Shown: positions 62,362 through 64,000 of the stretch, piece after piece
Layout: each line of letters opens with the position of its first letter
Position numbering within the stretch: position 1 is the first letter of the stretch
Assembly: GCA_963826525.1 (NCBI GenBank)
Contig: CAWGXH010000004.1
Span: 800,001 to 864,000 of the forward strand
Direction of reading: 5' to 3'
DNA from: an uncultured Methanomicrobiaceae archaeon
GTDB taxonomy: Archaea; Halobacteriota; Methanomicrobia; Methanomicrobiales; Methanoculleaceae
Length of the DNA stretch: 64,000 bases
The notes under the pieces: generated by a model
What the model was told of the DNA's origin: nothing
Database searches by the model: none
Seen by the model: only the letters and a program-made list of their open reading frames with translations
Program-made: the position numbers and the translations under genes

Positions 62362-63372
62362 CTATCTGGCGCTTTCATCAGCCCGCCGGAGGAATTTCCT
62401 GACCGTTTCGAGGTACTCCTCGCTCTTCTCAAGGTGGTGCTCGTGCGAAGCGCCTTCAAAGATCGCGACCTCGGCATTCGGGACGAGGCTCGCATAATAG
62501 GCGGTCGTCTTCGGCGATGCCTCGTCGAACTCCCCGCAGGTGAAGAGCACCGGGACGGCGATCCGGCCGAGCCGTGCCGTACAGTCGTACTCCCGGAGCG
62601 TCCCGGTCACCGTAAACTCGCTCGGTCCCCACATCTGCTCGTAGACGGGGTGGCCGAGTTTCTCGAACGACCGGTTCAGGCAGTCTGGCCAGGGTTCCAT
62701 CCTGCAGACGTGCCGGTTGTAGAAGAGCGACATCGCCTCCTGGTACTCCGGGGACGAGAAGTTCCCCGACGCCTCGCTCTCCCTGATGGCTGCTCGGGCA
62801 CTCTCCGGCAGATCGGAAATGTACTCCTGCTGGTCTTCCGCCCAGCGGGCTGCGCTGAGGCAGGGGCCTGACATTACAAGGCTCCGGACGCCTTCCTGGC
62901 CGCCCGCAAGGACGTACTCCGCAACGAGCGCTGTTCCCCAGGACTGCCCGAGGATATGCACCTCGTCTAAACCAAGCGCCTCGCGGACCGCTGCAACCTC
63001 TGCGACGGAGCGGTTCACCGTCCAGAGGGACGGATCGTCCGGGCGGTCGGCGTTGCCGCCGCCGAGCTGGTCGTAGAAGATGACCGGCCGCTCGTCGGCG
63101 AGGGCTTCGAGCGGTTCGAGGTAGTCGGAGGAGGCTCCTGGCCCGCCGTGGAGCATCAGCAGCGGCGTGCCCTTCGCACCGCTGCCGACGATTCGGTACC
63201 AGACATTCCCGCCGGGAACCGGGATGACCCCCCCACGAACTCCGGGTATATTCTCTCTTTTCTGCGATTCATCTCCTCTGGAGCCGGTCGTCAGGATAAC
63301 GGCTCCGGCGAGCAGCAGGCAGATGCCGCATACACCTATCAGAAGTATCACACTCGATGAATGGTTTGCCAT
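62362..63372 (-). CDS. pip: Proline iminopeptidase family (S33) hydrolase with N-terminal membrane anchor
   Basis: 'LHGGPG', 'YDQLG', catalytic 'GQSWG', 'GPSEF', 'GEFDE', 'ASH'. Confidence 0.88.
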   Translation of the reverse strand: MANHSSSVILLIGVCGICLLLAGAVILTTGSRGDESQKRENIPGVRGGVIPVPGGNVWYRIVGSGAKGTPLLMLHGGPGASSDYLEPLEALADERPVIFYDQLGGGNADRPDDPSLWTVNRSVAEVAAVREALGLDEVHILGQSWGTALVAEYVLAGGQEGVRSLVMSGPCLSAARWAEDQQEYISDLPESARAAIRESEASGNFSSPEYQEAMSLFYNRHVCRMEPWPDCLNRSFEKLGHPVYEQMWGPSEFTVTGTLREYDCTARLGRIAVPVLFTCGEFDEASPKTTAYYASLVPNAEVAIFEGASHEHHLEKSEEYLETVRKFLRRADESAR

Positions 63373-63517
63373 GGGTTTGGCCTCTCCGCCCGGCGCCTGC
63401 TGGTCATATGCCGGCTGCGGGCTGATTCCTGAGAAGGAGTGGTCAGGCGGCGGAGAAAAAGGATTCGTTCCGGAGCGTGCGGCTTCTGGAGTGTTTCCGG
63501 AAAAAGGAGGTGATCCG

Positions 63518-64000
63518 TTATCGGGGAGGAGCTGCTGCGAGTTCTATCCGCGCCCGCCGCGACATCTCCTGTTTCACCCGCCGGATATTCTCGGCCTGAT
63601 CAAGTTTTGCCATATCGCCGCCCACCTGCTGTACCGTGTGCACCACGATCTCGCTCGGCACGCCTCCCGCGTTGACTGCACGCTGGTAGCCGAAGGTCGC
63701 CCAGTCGTCGGGAAGGTCGCTGAGCCGCTCGAAGATCATGTTGTGCGGCATGAGATCGATCTGCTTCTCGACGATCCGGTTGACGTAGTCCTTGTTTGAT
63801 TCAAAGACGATCAGCGGCTCGACGACGTCGGTCTGCATGACCTCCCGCATGTCGCGCTTCTCGTACTTCTGCAGGAGATCGTTGCAGATGGAGAAGTGCG
63901 TGATCTCCATCTTCGCGAACTGCTCCCAGATCTGCTTGATCCGTGAGTCCGTCTCAGTTTGAGCGCAGGAGTAGTAGTTATAGGCTTCGCAGAGCTGGAT
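63518..64000 (-). CDS. 3' part of a ferritin-like conserved protein (runs off window)
   Basis: Open frame '...QLCEAYNYYSC...IW....MEITH...FESNKDYV' with an E..H helix pattern. Confidence 0.65.
   Translation of the reverse strand: MQLCEAYNYYSCAQTETDSRIKQIWEQFAKMEITHFSICNDLLQKYEKRDMREVMQTDVVEPLIVFESNKDYVNRIVEKQIDLMPHNMIFERLSDLPDDWATFGYQRAVNAGGVPSEIVVHTVQQVGGDMAKLDQAENIRRVKQEMSRRARIELAAAPPR

Overview
GC-rich archaeal chromosomal segment from a hydrogenotrophic methanogen. Gene content (tfrAB, cysteate synthase/comDE/marker-16, multi-PAS kinases, Isf paralogues) suggests Methanomicrobiales, Methanoculleus-like; this assignment is inference. In order it holds: a trpB2-trpEGDCFBA operon with phased TGTACA-type boxes; a coenzyme M biosynthesis operon preceded by an unexplained ATPase/GTPase/Fe-S trio and a divergent HTH regulator; argC-CBS-argJ-argB; a ~1,900-codon PAS/GAF histidine kinase; an oxidative-stress cluster; tfrAB, aspartate kinase, purM, ZPR1-sepF-PUA, Sm-L37e-purF; two tandem initiator tRNA-Met genes; a Na+/solute symporter; and an efflux-rich accessory region with several gene relics. 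About 20 single-base frameshifts, many in housekeeping genes, look like uncorrected sequencing error. The strongest novel candidate is a 24-codon Phe-rich upstream ORF (MANFSVNPGCTDVQNAFAFFFSFR, resembling E. coli PheL), followed by alternative hairpins over the Shine-Dalgarno of the symporter operon. This may be an archaeal leader-peptide attenuator. No CRISPR array, rRNA, integrase or transposase was seen.
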